Assembly: GCA_943348755.1 (NCBI GenBank)
Contig: CALQYS010000004.1
Coordinates: 1-59,099, forward strand
DNA from: Candidatus Nomurabacteria bacterium
Lineage (GTDB): Bacteria; Patescibacteriota; Minisyncoccia; Phycocordibacterales; UBA9973
Direction of reading: 5' to 3'
DNA length: 59,099 nt
Below the pieces are notes generated by a model. That model was not told the origin of the DNA and searched no databases. It saw nothing but the letters and a program-made list of their open reading frames with translations. Below, piece by piece: positions 1 through 10,487 of the stretch. The stretch's first letter is position 1. Every line of letters begins with the position of its first letter. The translations under genes were made by a program, and so were the position numbers.

Positions 1-21
1 ACTGTTCGTCCACAACTTGTT

Positions 22-738
22 ATGGCATTTGAAGCAAATAAAAAGTCTGAAACAGCGGAAACATCAAATATTAAATCAAAACCAAATGAACTTTTGGAAA
101 AATTACCAAAAGAAATACAAAATATCATCAAAGAATCAAATTACCAAGCCATGCTTTATGCTATCGCCAAGGAAAACAATTTGAATGTCGAACAAATGGG
201 CAGTCTAGAAAAGACAGTAACTGATTTGATGGTTGGCACTATCCATCCAGAAGAATTTGAAGATGCCCTAGAAAGTAATCTTAAGTTGCCATTAGAAAAA
301 ATCAGAAAATTAGTAAATGATGTAAATGAAAAAATATTTTTGAAAATTCGAGAATCGCTAAAATTGGTGAATAAACCAAAAAGTGGAGAGCCTTTAATTG
401 AAGAAGGGGTAGAAAATCAAAACAAAGAAGCAACGATATTAACCAAAGCTGGTATCAAAATGGTTGAACCTGCTCTTCCAACTAGGACTATGGACATAAG
501 GACCGAAAAACCGCAAGAAAGTAGAGAAGAGATGTTAAAAAAAATAGAGAAACCAGAACTTGTAGCAGAATCTAAGCCCACCGAAAAAATTAACCCGATA
601 TTATCACAAAAGTTACTTAGTTCCATTAAAATACCGGCAGTAAAGACGGATCATTCTCTACCAAATCTTCAATCGTCCCTGCAAAGTGATCCGAGTCTAA
701 AAAATAAGGCAGACCCTTACAGAGAAATACCAGAATAA
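22..738 (+). CDS. Hypothetical protein, first gene of the PrgI/VirB4 block
   Basis: 238-aa ORF ending in DPYREIPE, tightly coupled to the next gene; no catalytic motif recognised. Confidence 0.7.
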   Translation: MAFEANKKSETAETSNIKSKPNELLEKLPKEIQNIIKESNYQAMLYAIAKENNLNVEQMGSLEKTVTDLMVGTIHPEEFEDALESNLKLPLEKIRKLVNDVNEKIFLKIRESLKLVNKPKSGEPLIEEGVENQNKEATILTKAGIKMVEPALPTRTMDIRTEKPQESREEMLKKIEKPELVAESKPTEKINPILSQKLLSSIKIPAVKTDHSLPNLQSSLQSDPSLKNKADPYREIPE

Positions 739-742
739 AATT

Positions 743-1171
743 ATGCAATTTAAAGTACCACAATTTTTGGAAATAGAAGACAAGATATTTGGTCCTTTCA
801 CCTTCAAAGAATTTATTTATTTGGCGGGTGGAGCAGGGTTGTGTTTCGTGCTTTATAGACTGCTTGGATTACTCTGGGGTGCTATACCGATCTTGTTCAT
901 CGCCGGGCTTTCCATAGCACTTGCACGCTATAGACCAAACAACAAGCCTTTTCTTGATATGATAGAAGCGGGGTTTAGTTATATTATGCAAAGCAAGCTT
1001 TATATCTGGAAAAGACGAAAGAACAAAGTTAATCTTAGTGAGCAAAAAAAGGTGAAAAGTGAAAATAAAATAGCAGATAGGGAAACGGTTAGACTCGGTG
1101 GAAATAAGTTACGAGATTTAGCTTGGAGCCTAGATGTATTAGATTTAAATAAACATGTAGAGAATAAATAA
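743..1171 (+). CDS. PrgI-family membrane protein
   Basis: N-terminal MQFKVPQFLEIEDKIFGPFT motif, two hydrophobic helices, upstream of a VirB4-like ATPase. Confidence 0.85.
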   Translation: MQFKVPQFLEIEDKIFGPFTFKEFIYLAGGAGLCFVLYRLLGLLWGAIPILFIAGLSIALARYRPNNKPFLDMIEAGFSYIMQSKLYIWKRRKNKVNLSEQKKVKSENKIADRETVRLGGNKLRDLAWSLDVLDLNKHVENK

Positions 1172-1172
1172 T

Positions 1173-1811
1173 ATGGCATTAAACGCAAAAGCAACTCAAG
1201 AGTTCGTACCGATCAAGGAAGTCCGCGATGGAGTAATCGTGCTAAAAGACGGCGGCTTGAGGGCAATTGTGCTCGCGAACTCAGTCAATCTATCTTTGAA
1301 GTCGAGCGATGAACAAAAGGCGACGATACTTCAGTTTCAAAGTTTTCTCAACACACTTGATTTTACGATACAAATATCAGTCCAAAGCAGGAGGCTGGAT
1401 ATCAGACCCTATCTTCTGCTCTTAGAAAACAGAATGAAGGTACAAAATGAACCATTGCTGAAATTACAGACCAAAGAATATATAGAATTTATCAGAAATT
1501 TCACTGAGTCAGTGAGCATAATGACAAAAAGCTTTTTCGTAGTTATCCCGTATACACATACAGTATTGAAATCAGATTCAGGTATATTTAAGGGGTTTTT
1601 TTTGAGAAAAAATAAGGAGGAGGCAAAGTTGGCACAACAAGAAGACTTTGAAGAAAAGAGGTCCCAGCTTGAAGAGCGGGTGGGTGTGATACAGCAAGGA
1701 CTCGCTCGCTGTGGCATAAAGTCAGCTCAGCTGGGCACTGAAGAAGTTGTGGAAGTATTTTATAAAGTCTTCAACCCGGGAGAAGTGGAAGGTAAGATTA
1801 AGTTAGAATAA
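1173..1811 (+). CDS. TraC/VirB4 N-terminal-like protein
   Basis: TQEFVPIKEVRDGVIVLKDG and SVNLSLKSSDEQ motifs; lies between PrgI and VirB4. Confidence 0.7.
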   Translation: MALNAKATQEFVPIKEVRDGVIVLKDGGLRAIVLANSVNLSLKSSDEQKATILQFQSFLNTLDFTIQISVQSRRLDIRPYLLLLENRMKVQNEPLLKLQTKEYIEFIRNFTESVSIMTKSFFVVIPYTHTVLKSDSGIFKGFFLRKNKEEAKLAQQEDFEEKRSQLEERVGVIQQGLARCGIKSAQLGTEEVVEVFYKVFNPGEVEGKIKLE

Positions 1812-1824
1812 AGATTAAAAAATT

Positions 1825-3735
1825 ATGGGAATTTTAAACAAATTATTTGGAAAGAAAAATAAACAGTTGGGTGGAATAAATACTTATTCTCCTAACGAGA
1901 CGCAAGCTTCAATTTTGGCGGTGTTGCCAGAGCAGATCTATGAATCAGCCAGTCTAGAACTTCAAGACGTGATAGCGCCTTCTGCGCTCAAAATCGAATC
2001 CAAAAACATAAACTTGGGTGATAAGATTGCTCGTACATTCTTTATAATATCTTATCCGAGGTTTTTGACTGATAACTGGTTTTCACCGATAATAAATTTA
2101 GACAAAGTTTTTGATATTTCAATTTTTGTTCATCCCATAGACACCTCAATAATACTTCGTCAATTCCAAAAGAAGGTGGCAGAAGTACAAAGCCAGATAA
2201 ATGCGCGCGAAGGCAAGGGTATGGTGCGTGACCCAATGCTTGATACAGCATACCAAGACCTGGAAGGACTCCGAGACAATCTGATCCAAGCGCAAGAAAA
2301 GATGTTTGATGTGGGTATTTACATAACGATATACGCTGACAATGATCTGGAGCTTTTCAAAGTAGAGAATGAGATCAAATCCATGCTCGAGTCAAAGTTA
2401 ATATATATCAAACCCGCGCTTTTCCAACAAGAAGCTGGTTTTAAAAGTGTCATACCGATAAACAGTGATCTATTAAACATCCACCAAAAGCTGAATTCTG
2501 AACCACTTTCGAGTGTTTTCCCATTTATTTCTTTTGACCTTACTTCCGACAAAGGAATACTTTATGGAATAAACAGGCATAACTCAAGCTTAGTGATCTT
2601 TGATAGATTTTCGCTGGAAAATTACAACTCAGTTATATTTGCCAAATCAGGTTCAGGAAAATCTTATGCGACCAAATTAGAAATCCTTAGATCTCTAATG
2701 TTTGATATTGATGTCATTGTAATAGACCCAGAAAAAGAATACGAATTTCTAGCAGAGGCGGTGGGTGGAAGATATTTCAATATTTCTCTTTCCTCAGACC
2801 ACCACATGAATCCGTTTGATTTACCAATACCACGTGAAGACGAGACAGCCGAAGATGTTTTGCGATCAAACACTATCAATTTAGTAGGACTTTTTAGATT
2901 AATGCTGGGCGGACTTACCCCAGAAGAAGACTCGATGGTGGATAGAGCTGTATCAGAAACTTACGCAATAAAAGACATAACCCCGGAATCAGATTTCTCA
3001 AATATTGAACCTCCGCTTCTTTCAGATTTTGAAATGGTTCTGATGGGGATGGATGGAAGTGACTCTATTGTGCAACGTTTAGCGAAATACACCCGAGGTT
3101 CTTGGGCAACATTCTTAAACAGACCAAGTAACGTAGACATTAACAAGAAGTTTATTGTCTTTTCAGTTCGCGACATGGAAGATGAATTAAAACCAGTTGC
3201 AATGTACATAATTATGCATTACATCTGGAATGCAATACGTAAAAATTTGAAAAAGCGCTTACTAGTTATCGATGAAGCTTGGTGGATGATGAAGTCCGAA
3301 GATACCGCCTCTTTCCTTTATTCTATGGCCAAAAGAGGCCGAAAATATTACTTGGGTCTAGCCACTATCACTCAAGATGCAGCGGATTTTATGAAGTCTC
3401 CGTATGGAGTACCGATAATTACTAACTCTTCGATCCAACTTCTGCTCAAACAATCTCCTAGCACCATTGATATCTTGCAAAAGACATTTAATTTAACAGA
3501 TGAAGAAAAATATCTTCTTTTAGAGTCCGGTGTCGGAGAGGGTATATTCTTCGCAGGATTAAAGCACGTCGCTATAAAAATTATTTCTTCTTATACAGAA
3601 GACCAGATCATCACCAGCGATCCCTCACAAATACTTTCGAACAGAAAAGCTAAAGAAGAGCAGGAGGCAGCAGAAGCGGCTGCACCCCAAAACCCTGTGA
3701 TGGGGGAGACCACAGGTCAAGTAGCAGGAAAATAG
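1825..3735 (+). CDS. VirB4-like type IV secretion ATPase
   Basis: Walker A AKSGSGKS, IDPEKEY, Walker B LLVIDEAW, RGRKY, ITQD. Confidence 0.9.
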   Translation: MGILNKLFGKKNKQLGGINTYSPNETQASILAVLPEQIYESASLELQDVIAPSALKIESKNINLGDKIARTFFIISYPRFLTDNWFSPIINLDKVFDISIFVHPIDTSIILRQFQKKVAEVQSQINAREGKGMVRDPMLDTAYQDLEGLRDNLIQAQEKMFDVGIYITIYADNDLELFKVENEIKSMLESKLIYIKPALFQQEAGFKSVIPINSDLLNIHQKLNSEPLSSVFPFISFDLTSDKGILYGINRHNSSLVIFDRFSLENYNSVIFAKSGSGKSYATKLEILRSLMFDIDVIVIDPEKEYEFLAEAVGGRYFNISLSSDHHMNPFDLPIPREDETAEDVLRSNTINLVGLFRLMLGGLTPEEDSMVDRAVSETYAIKDITPESDFSNIEPPLLSDFEMVLMGMDGSDSIVQRLAKYTRGSWATFLNRPSNVDINKKFIVFSVRDMEDELKPVAMYIIMHYIWNAIRKNLKKRLLVIDEAWWMMKSEDTASFLYSMAKRGRKYYLGLATITQDAADFMKSPYGVPIITNSSIQLLLKQSPSTIDILQKTFNLTDEEKYLLLESGVGEGIFFAGLKHVAIKIISSYTEDQIITSDPSQILSNRKAKEEQEAAEAAAPQNPVMGETTGQVAGK

Positions 3736-3757
3736 TGAAAAATGGTACAATAAAATC

Positions 3758-4750
3758 ATGAGATTTAAATTCTTATCATTATATTTAAACACGGGACTTT
3801 TGATATTTATGGTGGTAAGTTTGATTTTCGGATCAAGGGCTCTTGCCTCCTCTACTGACATATTGGTCAATGTGGTGCCCCCAAATCCAGCTCCATATGA
3901 GAACGTAAATATAACTTTAAACAGTTATGTGAATAATTTGGATACCGTTATGATATCTTGGTCTGTAGATGGCAAAACAGTCGCATCTGGGACCGGCAAA
4001 AAATCATTTTCCACTACAGCACCTGCAGCAGGTGGAGAGATGGGTGTCGTAGCCACCATATATCTGCCAGACGGCACAATAGAAACAAAAATACCAATAA
4101 AACCTTCTGTGATGATACTACTTTGGCAAGCGAATGATTCATACGTACCACCTTTTTATAAGGGTAAGGCTTTGCCAACACCAGACAGTGAAGTAAAAGT
4201 GGTGGCAATGCCTGAAATAAGAACGGGGTCGGGTTTAGCTGATAGCAAAAATATGACTTACTATTGGAAAAAGGACTATACTAACAACGTAGATGGTTCC
4301 GGCTATGGTAAGAATTCTTTTACTTATGTGAATGATTATTTAGAAGATTCAAACAATATATCTGTGACAGCATGGACAGTGGACCAAAAATATTCATCGC
4401 AAGCCAGTATAGACATAGGGACAACAGAGCCAAAAATATTATTTTACAAAAATAGCGGCAGTATGGGGACAATTTTAGAAAAGACACTTATGGATGGACA
4501 CAGAATTGAGGGTAGTGAAATAGTGGAAGCAGTGCCTTATTTTATTTCACCAAAAGAAATACAAAATCCAGCATTGATATGGAGCTGGTTCATAAATGAC
4601 AGCAGAGTAAGCTTGACCAGCTTCAAGAAAAATTTAATGCCGCTTAAAGTACAGAGTGGGGTTTCTGGAACATCCCAATTAAGATTGGAAATAAGAAATC
4701 AAGATAAAATTTTCCAGACAACAAGTAAAGAAATAAGTGTAGAGTTTTAA
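3758..4750 (+). CDS. Exported beta-rich (Ig-like) hypothetical protein
   Basis: Signal-peptide-like N-terminus; repeated WSVDG/WFIND beta motifs. Confidence 0.7.
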   Translation: MRFKFLSLYLNTGLLIFMVVSLIFGSRALASSTDILVNVVPPNPAPYENVNITLNSYVNNLDTVMISWSVDGKTVASGTGKKSFSTTAPAAGGEMGVVATIYLPDGTIETKIPIKPSVMILLWQANDSYVPPFYKGKALPTPDSEVKVVAMPEIRTGSGLADSKNMTYYWKKDYTNNVDGSGYGKNSFTYVNDYLEDSNNISVTAWTVDQKYSSQASIDIGTTEPKILFYKNSGSMGTILEKTLMDGHRIEGSEIVEAVPYFISPKEIQNPALIWSWFINDSRVSLTSFKKNLMPLKVQSGVSGTSQLRLEIRNQDKIFQTTSKEISVEF

Positions 4751-4754
4751 AAGA

Positions 4755-5735
4755 ATGAAATACATAAAATACATTTTAATAATTATTATGGTGTTGGGAC
4801 TTTTTAGCTCAACTGCAGTAGTAGATGCACAAACTGGTCCAGAGGGAATTTGTACTTATACTTTCAAATCCAGAGGTGGAAATATATCTACAAGCACAGA
4901 CACAAAGACTGAGGCAGATTGTAAAGCATATATACAGAGTCGGGGGTTTACAGGAATAACATGGACAACCTGTACTTACACTGTAAGATCTAGGGGTGGG
5001 AATGTCAGTACCGTAGTAGTCCCGGGTGATACGGAAACACAATGTAAGGCACGTCCCACAGGAACATGGATATCAAATGTAATAGGGAATACAGATGTGA
5101 CAAATCCAAACACTGGTACAACATTGACTAAGCCATACGTTCTTTTGGCACCATTACCTTGTGATAGCAGTAAAGATGGGGCTGGATGTAAAGACAATAA
5201 ACTTATAAACTTCGATCCAAGCACGGGTTTGGGCGTGTATTTAAATCTAATGATAAAAATATTTATCGGCATCTGCGCAGTTTTGTCCGTGGTCATGATC
5301 GTTACGGGTGGAATAGAATATATGACAAGCGAACTTTCTCATACCAAAGAGGCGGGTAAGGAAAGAATAACACATGCAATTCTGGGACTTTTGATAGCTT
5401 TGGGTGCCTACGCACTTCTTTTTACAGTGAATCCCGACTTGCTTAAATCTGATATAAATCCTCCATCTGCAACCATTACAACATCTAGTGGTATTGTAAC
5501 TAGCGATGTTAGCCAATTAACTGGAACTTGTAATGACACACAATTTAAAACACAAGAAGAGTGTGAATCACAAAGAGAAGGGAGGTGGATTCTTCCGGTT
5601 ACTTCACAAAATGGAGCATTAGGAAGTTGTGATTACTATAGTAATTCAAATATTAACAGCAGAACCATACTCAGAGACATTACCGAAACATACTGTTATA
5701 ACACACTAAAGGGAATACACTGGACTGTAAATTAG
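4755..5735 (+). CDS. Pilin-like (TrbC/VirB2-type) membrane protein with Cys-rich modules
   Basis: Signal peptide; core AVLSVVMIVTGGIEYMTS...GKERITHAILGLLIALGAYALLFTVNPDL; Cys-rich flanks. Confidence 0.8.
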   Translation: MKYIKYILIIIMVLGLFSSTAVVDAQTGPEGICTYTFKSRGGNISTSTDTKTEADCKAYIQSRGFTGITWTTCTYTVRSRGGNVSTVVVPGDTETQCKARPTGTWISNVIGNTDVTNPNTGTTLTKPYVLLAPLPCDSSKDGAGCKDNKLINFDPSTGLGVYLNLMIKIFIGICAVLSVVMIVTGGIEYMTSELSHTKEAGKERITHAILGLLIALGAYALLFTVNPDLLKSDINPPSATITTSSGIVTSDVSQLTGTCNDTQFKTQEECESQREGRWILPVTSQNGALGSCDYYSNSNINSRTILRDITETYCYNTLKGIHWTVN

Positions 5736-5747
5736 TAGTAAATAATT

Positions 5748-7088
5748 ATGTCAAAAAGAAATTTTATACTTTTAATAATAATCCTGGTCATCATAATATT
5801 TGCGGTTTTGGGTTTCTTATATTTCCAGAAGAGGTCAGTTAGCCCGACAGACAATGGGACAGGAACAAACTTTTTCTCGCCGTTTAATTCATTTAGTAAC
5901 AAACCGACGCCTCCAGCTGTCACACCCCCTGTTGATGTTTCTGGATATGTGCCACCTGCTGCACCAGCGCAAGCCAAGCTCATGAAGATCTCGACCATGC
6001 CTATAGCTGGGTTTGTAGCGTTCAGTAAAGAAAGACTAAAGGATGTGCCAGTAGTACCAGCAACACCTCCACCAGCTGAAACCACTCCAACACCAGCAAC
6101 CAAAAAATCAAAAAGGGTTGTTCCAACCCCACCACTGACCGAATTCGTAACAGCCTTGAGATACGTGGCAAAATCAAATGGGAATATTTACCAAACTTTC
6201 GCCGATAAAATACAAGAGAGAAAGTTTTCTACAACTGTGATCCCCAGAGTATACGATAGCTACTTCGGTAATCATGGAAACTCGGTAATTATGCGATATC
6301 TAAAACCAGATGGTCAAACCATCGAAACTTTTGTAGGGAATCTCCCAAAAGAGCTGCTGGGTGGGGATACAACTGAAAATAATGAGATTAAAGGATCTTT
6401 CTTGCCCAATAACATCAAAGATATAAGTATATCGCCTGATACTTTAAAGGCATTTTATCTATCAGAAACGGGGGACAGCATGATAGGTACAGCTTTAAAC
6501 TTTTCGGATAATAAGAAAGTTCAATTGTTGGACTCAACTTTCACTGAATGGTTGGCACAGTGGCCAAATAAAAATATTTTAACCTTTTCTACTAAACCTT
6601 CTGCGAATGTCCCCGGATACATGTATACGATAGACTCCACTGGCAAAAATTTAAACAAAGTTTTGGGTAATATAAATGGATTAACTACACTTGAAAGTCC
6701 TAATGGTAAAATGATCCTCTATGGAGACAGTGATTTATCTCTCTTTATTTACCATACGGATACTAGGAATTCAGATAAATTAGGAGTAAAGACTCTGCCA
6801 GAAAAATGTGTTTGGGGTGGAGTAAGTGATGTTATTTATTGTGCTGTACCAATATTAATCGATGGGAATTTATACCCAGATGCTTGGTATCAAGGAGAAG
6901 TATCTTTTAGCGACCAAATATGGAAGATAGACGTAAAAAGCGGCAACACCACAATGATTTCTGATCCAGCTACAGTCGCTGGGGGAGAGAATATTGATGG
7001 AATAAAGCTTGCCCTAGATGAAGGAGAAAATTACCTATTTTTCGTCAACAAAAAGGATTCTTTTCTTTGGAAATTAGACCTTAAATAG
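5748..7088 (+). CDS. Membrane-anchored protein with Pro-rich linker and probable beta-propeller
   Basis: N-terminal TM helix, Pro/Thr linker, ISISPD/ESPNG repeats, EKCVW...IYCAVP. Confidence 0.7.
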   Translation: MSKRNFILLIIILVIIIFAVLGFLYFQKRSVSPTDNGTGTNFFSPFNSFSNKPTPPAVTPPVDVSGYVPPAAPAQAKLMKISTMPIAGFVAFSKERLKDVPVVPATPPPAETTPTPATKKSKRVVPTPPLTEFVTALRYVAKSNGNIYQTFADKIQERKFSTTVIPRVYDSYFGNHGNSVIMRYLKPDGQTIETFVGNLPKELLGGDTTENNEIKGSFLPNNIKDISISPDTLKAFYLSETGDSMIGTALNFSDNKKVQLLDSTFTEWLAQWPNKNILTFSTKPSANVPGYMYTIDSTGKNLNKVLGNINGLTTLESPNGKMILYGDSDLSLFIYHTDTRNSDKLGVKTLPEKCVWGGVSDVIYCAVPILIDGNLYPDAWYQGEVSFSDQIWKIDVKSGNTTMISDPATVAGGENIDGIKLALDEGENYLFFVNKKDSFLWKLDLK

Positions 7089-7566
7089 AACCTATATATT
7101 TGATTACCACTCGGCGAGAAGCTCCCATGCCCACTGACTCAGTTTTTAGGTCTGTCGCATCAGATAAAAATTCGTGAACGATCCGACGTTCAAAGGCTGA
7201 CATTGGGTCAACTTCTATGCTGGATTTAAAATATCGAGCCCTTTCTCCCATCATATGAGCAATTGCGCGAATATTTTCCACACGTTTCTTCTGGAAACCA
7301 TTAATGTCAATTAAAATATTGTTACTAGAACTATCATCTTTCAGAGCGTCTGCCCCCGGCATTTTACTTTCAATTATTCTCCGGACTAGATGATTCAAGG
7401 CATACAGAGCTTCACCATCGTGACCCATAAAAAAATGGGGTTCATTCACCTCGACAGAGAACCAAGTGTTATTTGGGCCGTCTTCTGTGATTGTGATTTG
7501 AGTCATTGTAACTCCAGTATGTTCAATCAACTTTCTGATTAAATTTTCTATTTCTGACTTTTTCAT
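7081..7566 (-). CDS. jag: Jag/KhpB-like KH + R3H RNA-binding protein
   Basis: PMSAFERRIVH R3H motif; downstream of yidC. Confidence 0.85.
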   Translation of the reverse strand: MKKSEIENLIRKLIEHTGVTMTQITITEDGPNNTWFSVEVNEPHFFMGHDGEALYALNHLVRRIIESKMPGADALKDDSSSNNILIDINGFQKKRVENIRAIAHMMGERARYFKSSIEVDPMSAFERRIVHEFLSDATDLKTESVGMGASRRVVIKYIGSI

Positions 7567-7568
7567 GT

Positions 7569-8318
7569 TTATTTTTCCTTAATCAAAATATCTACTTCTT
7601 CGTCCAAGACCTTCTTTTCTGTCTTATTGACATAAACCTGTTGGGCTACAGCAAAAATATTACTCGTAATCCAATATAATGCAACCGCGCCGGAGATACT
7701 GTAAGCAATCCAAGTGATTAGAAAAGGGAAGAAATATTTCATCTGCATTTGCATATTTTTACCAAGACTTTCTGCAAAAGAGCCGGCGGAAGAATTATTG
7801 TTGGCCGGTTTTGGCATAAAGTGGGCTTGTAAATATTGAGATACACCTGCCAAAATCGCTAGCGGTAAACTCTTAGCACCGAGATTTATTATTCCCAGAA
7901 AAATCATATTCGTCTTTGCTGGTATATGAATAAAAGAATAAAGTAGGCTTTTGTCAAAATTTATACCTTTTAAAAAAACATAGTATAGGGCAAAAATGAT
8001 GGGTATTTGAATTAAAACTAAAAGACACCCAGAAAAAGGATTAGTCTTGTGTTTTTTATAAAGTTCAAACGTCAGCTTGGCTTGTTCTTCTTTGCTTACC
8101 CCGCTTTTTTTAATTTTATCGAGTTCAGGGGCAAGCATCGTCATGGCTGCCTGGTTTTTAATTGATTTTTGAGAGAAAGGAAAAAGCAACAATTTAACCA
8201 AAATAGTGAGCAATATAACGGCGATACCTACATCCCCGCCAGGGATGACTGAAACTAAAAAAGCCAGTGCGTTAATTAATGGCTTGTATAAAAGGGCGTT
8301 CCAAATATTATGAATCAT
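7569..8318 (-). CDS. yidC: Membrane protein insertase YidC (short form)
   Basis: NPFSGCLLVLIQIPIIFALY and ALYWITSN motifs; synteny. Confidence 0.95.
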   Translation of the reverse strand: MIHNIWNALLYKPLINALAFLVSVIPGGDVGIAVILLTILVKLLLFPFSQKSIKNQAAMTMLAPELDKIKKSGVSKEEQAKLTFELYKKHKTNPFSGCLLVLIQIPIIFALYYVFLKGINFDKSLLYSFIHIPAKTNMIFLGIINLGAKSLPLAILAGVSQYLQAHFMPKPANNNSSAGSFAESLGKNMQMQMKYFFPFLITWIAYSISGAVALYWITSNIFAVAQQVYVNKTEKKVLDEEVDILIKEK

Positions 8319-8348
8319 GAACCCATTCTATATGAAAATGGCTAAAAA

Positions 8349-8564
8349 TCAAAGAACGGGGTCAATTTGGTTCTTCTGCCATGGATGACAACGTAAAATT
8401 CTTAAGAATCCCAGCTTGCAGCCTTTCAATATTCCATATTTTTCTAAGGCTTGTTTGGTATATTCGGAACAACTAGGATAAAAATGGCAACCTGACTTTA
8501 TGAGAACAGAAATGTTTTTCTGATAAAAACTAATTAATTTTATTAAAAATGTTTTTAATTTCAT
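8349..8564 (-). CDS. yidD: Membrane protein insertion efficiency factor YidD
   Basis: CHFYPSCSEY...RILRCHPW; start reassigned to ATG 8564 (MKLKTF). Confidence 0.9.
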   Translation of the reverse strand: MKLKTFLIKLISFYQKNISVLIKSGCHFYPSCSEYTKQALEKYGILKGCKLGFLRILRCHPWQKNQIDPVL

Positions 8565-8853
8565 CTTCAAGTATGGGGATATTGTCTTGGTACTTTTTAA
8601 AAATAAAGACACCCGTAAGCGCAAGAGGGGATAGATGGATATTCTTGCTTAGGGCACTATATCCGCGCCTTCTAAGTAAATTTCTTTTAACCGCTAATTT
8701 GACTATATTTTTAGGTGCAATAAAGGAAATTTTTGTTTTTCCGTCATCATTCTTCAAACAGCGAAAAGATAGACTGGGGGAACTAAAAGACTTACCCTCT
8801 CTAAAGATTTTATCGACTTCTTTGGTGCTTACTCTATTCTTTTTGGGTAACAT
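8530..8853 (-). CDS. rnpA: Ribonuclease P protein component
   Basis: MLPKKNR start, AVKRNLLRRR motif, synteny with rpmH. Confidence 0.92.
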   Translation of the reverse strand: MLPKKNRVSTKEVDKIFREGKSFSSPSLSFRCLKNDDGKTKISFIAPKNIVKLAVKRNLLRRRGYSALSKNIHLSPLALTGVFIFKKYQDNIPILEDEIKNIFNKIN

Positions 8854-8863
8854 CGTAAAAAAA

Positions 8864-8998
8864 CTAAACAGTGAGCTTTTTTCTGCCTTTCTGGCGTCTC
8901 CTTTTTAGAACTTTTTGGCCTGTTTTAATCCTAGATCTGACTAAAAATCCATGTGATCTGGCTCTTTTTCTTTTTTTGGGTTTATATGTAAATGACAT
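8864..8998 (-). CDS. rpmH: 50S ribosomal protein L34 (not in the ORF track)
   Basis: Manual translation [44 protein letters not shown]. Confidence 0.95.
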   Translation of the reverse strand: MSFTYKPKKRKRARSHGFLVRSRIKTGQKVLKRRRQKGRKKLTV

Positions 8999-9054
8999 GA
9001 ATTGTATTCTATAATATTATTAATAATAAATCAAATATAAAATAGGTGAAAAAG

Positions 9055-9074
9055 TTTTGCACAGTTTATCAACA
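9055..9074 (+). promoter_or_regulatory. Degenerate DnaA boxes upstream of dnaA
   Basis: TTTTGCACA (9055-9063) and TTATCAACA (9066-9074) in the AT-rich rpmH-dnaA spacer. Confidence 0.6.
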
Positions 9075-9122
9075 TAGTTAGTAAGTTTTTAAAGTTTTTG
9101 TTTATTGGACAAATAGTATAAT

Positions 9123-10487
9123 ATGGAACCAATGAATCCGAAACAACTTTGGAAAAATTGTCTGGCCGAAATCGAGACGGGTATATCAAAGGCAAATTTT
9201 AGTACTTGGTTTAAAAATACATCTATTATAAAGGAGGATACGGGTATTATCTATATTGGTGTACCTAATGAATTCGTTCGTGACTGGCTTATAAATAAAT
9301 ATCATAAACTTATTACAAAAACTATTGCTGATGCATATGAAAATATGCGTGCGGTAGAGTACACCATCACTAAAACAGAGGATGCAGCCGAACCTGAGAG
9401 GGAAGAAACGCCTACAACTAACGCAACATACGTAAACAAGGAGCTGCCATTAAAAGATCTGTATATAAACCCTGAGGACAACCTAAATCCACGCTACCAT
9501 TTTAATTCTTTCATCGTCGGAGCTTTCAATGAACTTGCTTATGCAGCATCGCAAGCAATAATAGACAGCCCTGGGACCAAATACAACCCATTTTTTATCT
9601 ATGGGGGCACTGGACTTGGTAAGACTCATTTAATCCAGGCAGTGGGAAACACAATTAAAGATAGATACCCAAATAAAAAAGTTCACTACATGACTCTGGA
9701 GAAATTTGCTACTGATTTTATCAGCTCACTACAAAGCAACAAGGCCAACTCTTTTAAAGAAAAATACCGCAAGTATGATCTTTTAATCATAGATGATATA
9801 CAATTCATCGGAAAAATGGAAAAGATCCAGGAAGAGCTTTTCCACACTTTCAACACCTTTCATGAAAACAACAAACAGATTATTTTTTCTTCTGATAAAC
9901 ACCCTAACTATATTCCGGAGTTGGCAGATCGTTTAAAATCACGTTTTGCTGCCGGAATGATAGTGGACATATCTCAACCAGAATACGAGTCCCGACTCGC
10001 AATTTTAAAGGTGAAATTAAGAGAGCTTAATATTGACCTAGATCCAGAAATAGTCGAGTATATCGCTTCGGCCGTAGATGGCAACATAAGGGAGCTTGAA
10101 GGAAGTTTAAACATCATAGTTTGCCAATATCGTTTGAAAAATAAGCCTTTAACACTGGCCGAGGTTAAAAACCTACTCAAAAATAACATGCGACCAAAGA
10201 AGAACATGGCGATAAAAGATATTGTAAAGATAGTAAGTGAACATTATAAGTTAGAAGAGGCTTCAGTGTATGAAAAAACAAGGAAAAAGGAGATAGTGAG
10301 GGCAAGACAAGTCGTGATGTACCTGCTCCGAGAGGATTTCAATGTATCCTACCCACTGATTGGGCAAAAACTAGGTGGAAAAGATCATACAACAGTCATA
10401 CATTCATGTTTGAAGATTAAAAACGATCTGAAAAACGACCCACAACTTTTACAAGAATTAGAGCAAATAAGAATTATGTTCAAGTAA
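9123..10487 (+). CDS. dnaA: Chromosomal replication initiator DnaA
   Basis: YNPFFIYGGTGLGKTHL, LIIDDIQF, GGKDHTTVIH. Confidence 0.98.
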   Translation: MEPMNPKQLWKNCLAEIETGISKANFSTWFKNTSIIKEDTGIIYIGVPNEFVRDWLINKYHKLITKTIADAYENMRAVEYTITKTEDAAEPEREETPTTNATYVNKELPLKDLYINPEDNLNPRYHFNSFIVGAFNELAYAASQAIIDSPGTKYNPFFIYGGTGLGKTHLIQAVGNTIKDRYPNKKVHYMTLEKFATDFISSLQSNKANSFKEKYRKYDLLIIDDIQFIGKMEKIQEELFHTFNTFHENNKQIIFSSDKHPNYIPELADRLKSRFAAGMIVDISQPEYESRLAILKVKLRELNIDLDPEIVEYIASAVDGNIRELEGSLNIIVCQYRLKNKPLTLAEVKNLLKNNMRPKKNMAIKDIVKIVSEHYKLEEASVYEKTRKKEIVRARQVVMYLLREDFNVSYPLIGQKLGGKDHTTVIHSCLKIKNDLKNDPQLLQELEQIRIMFK

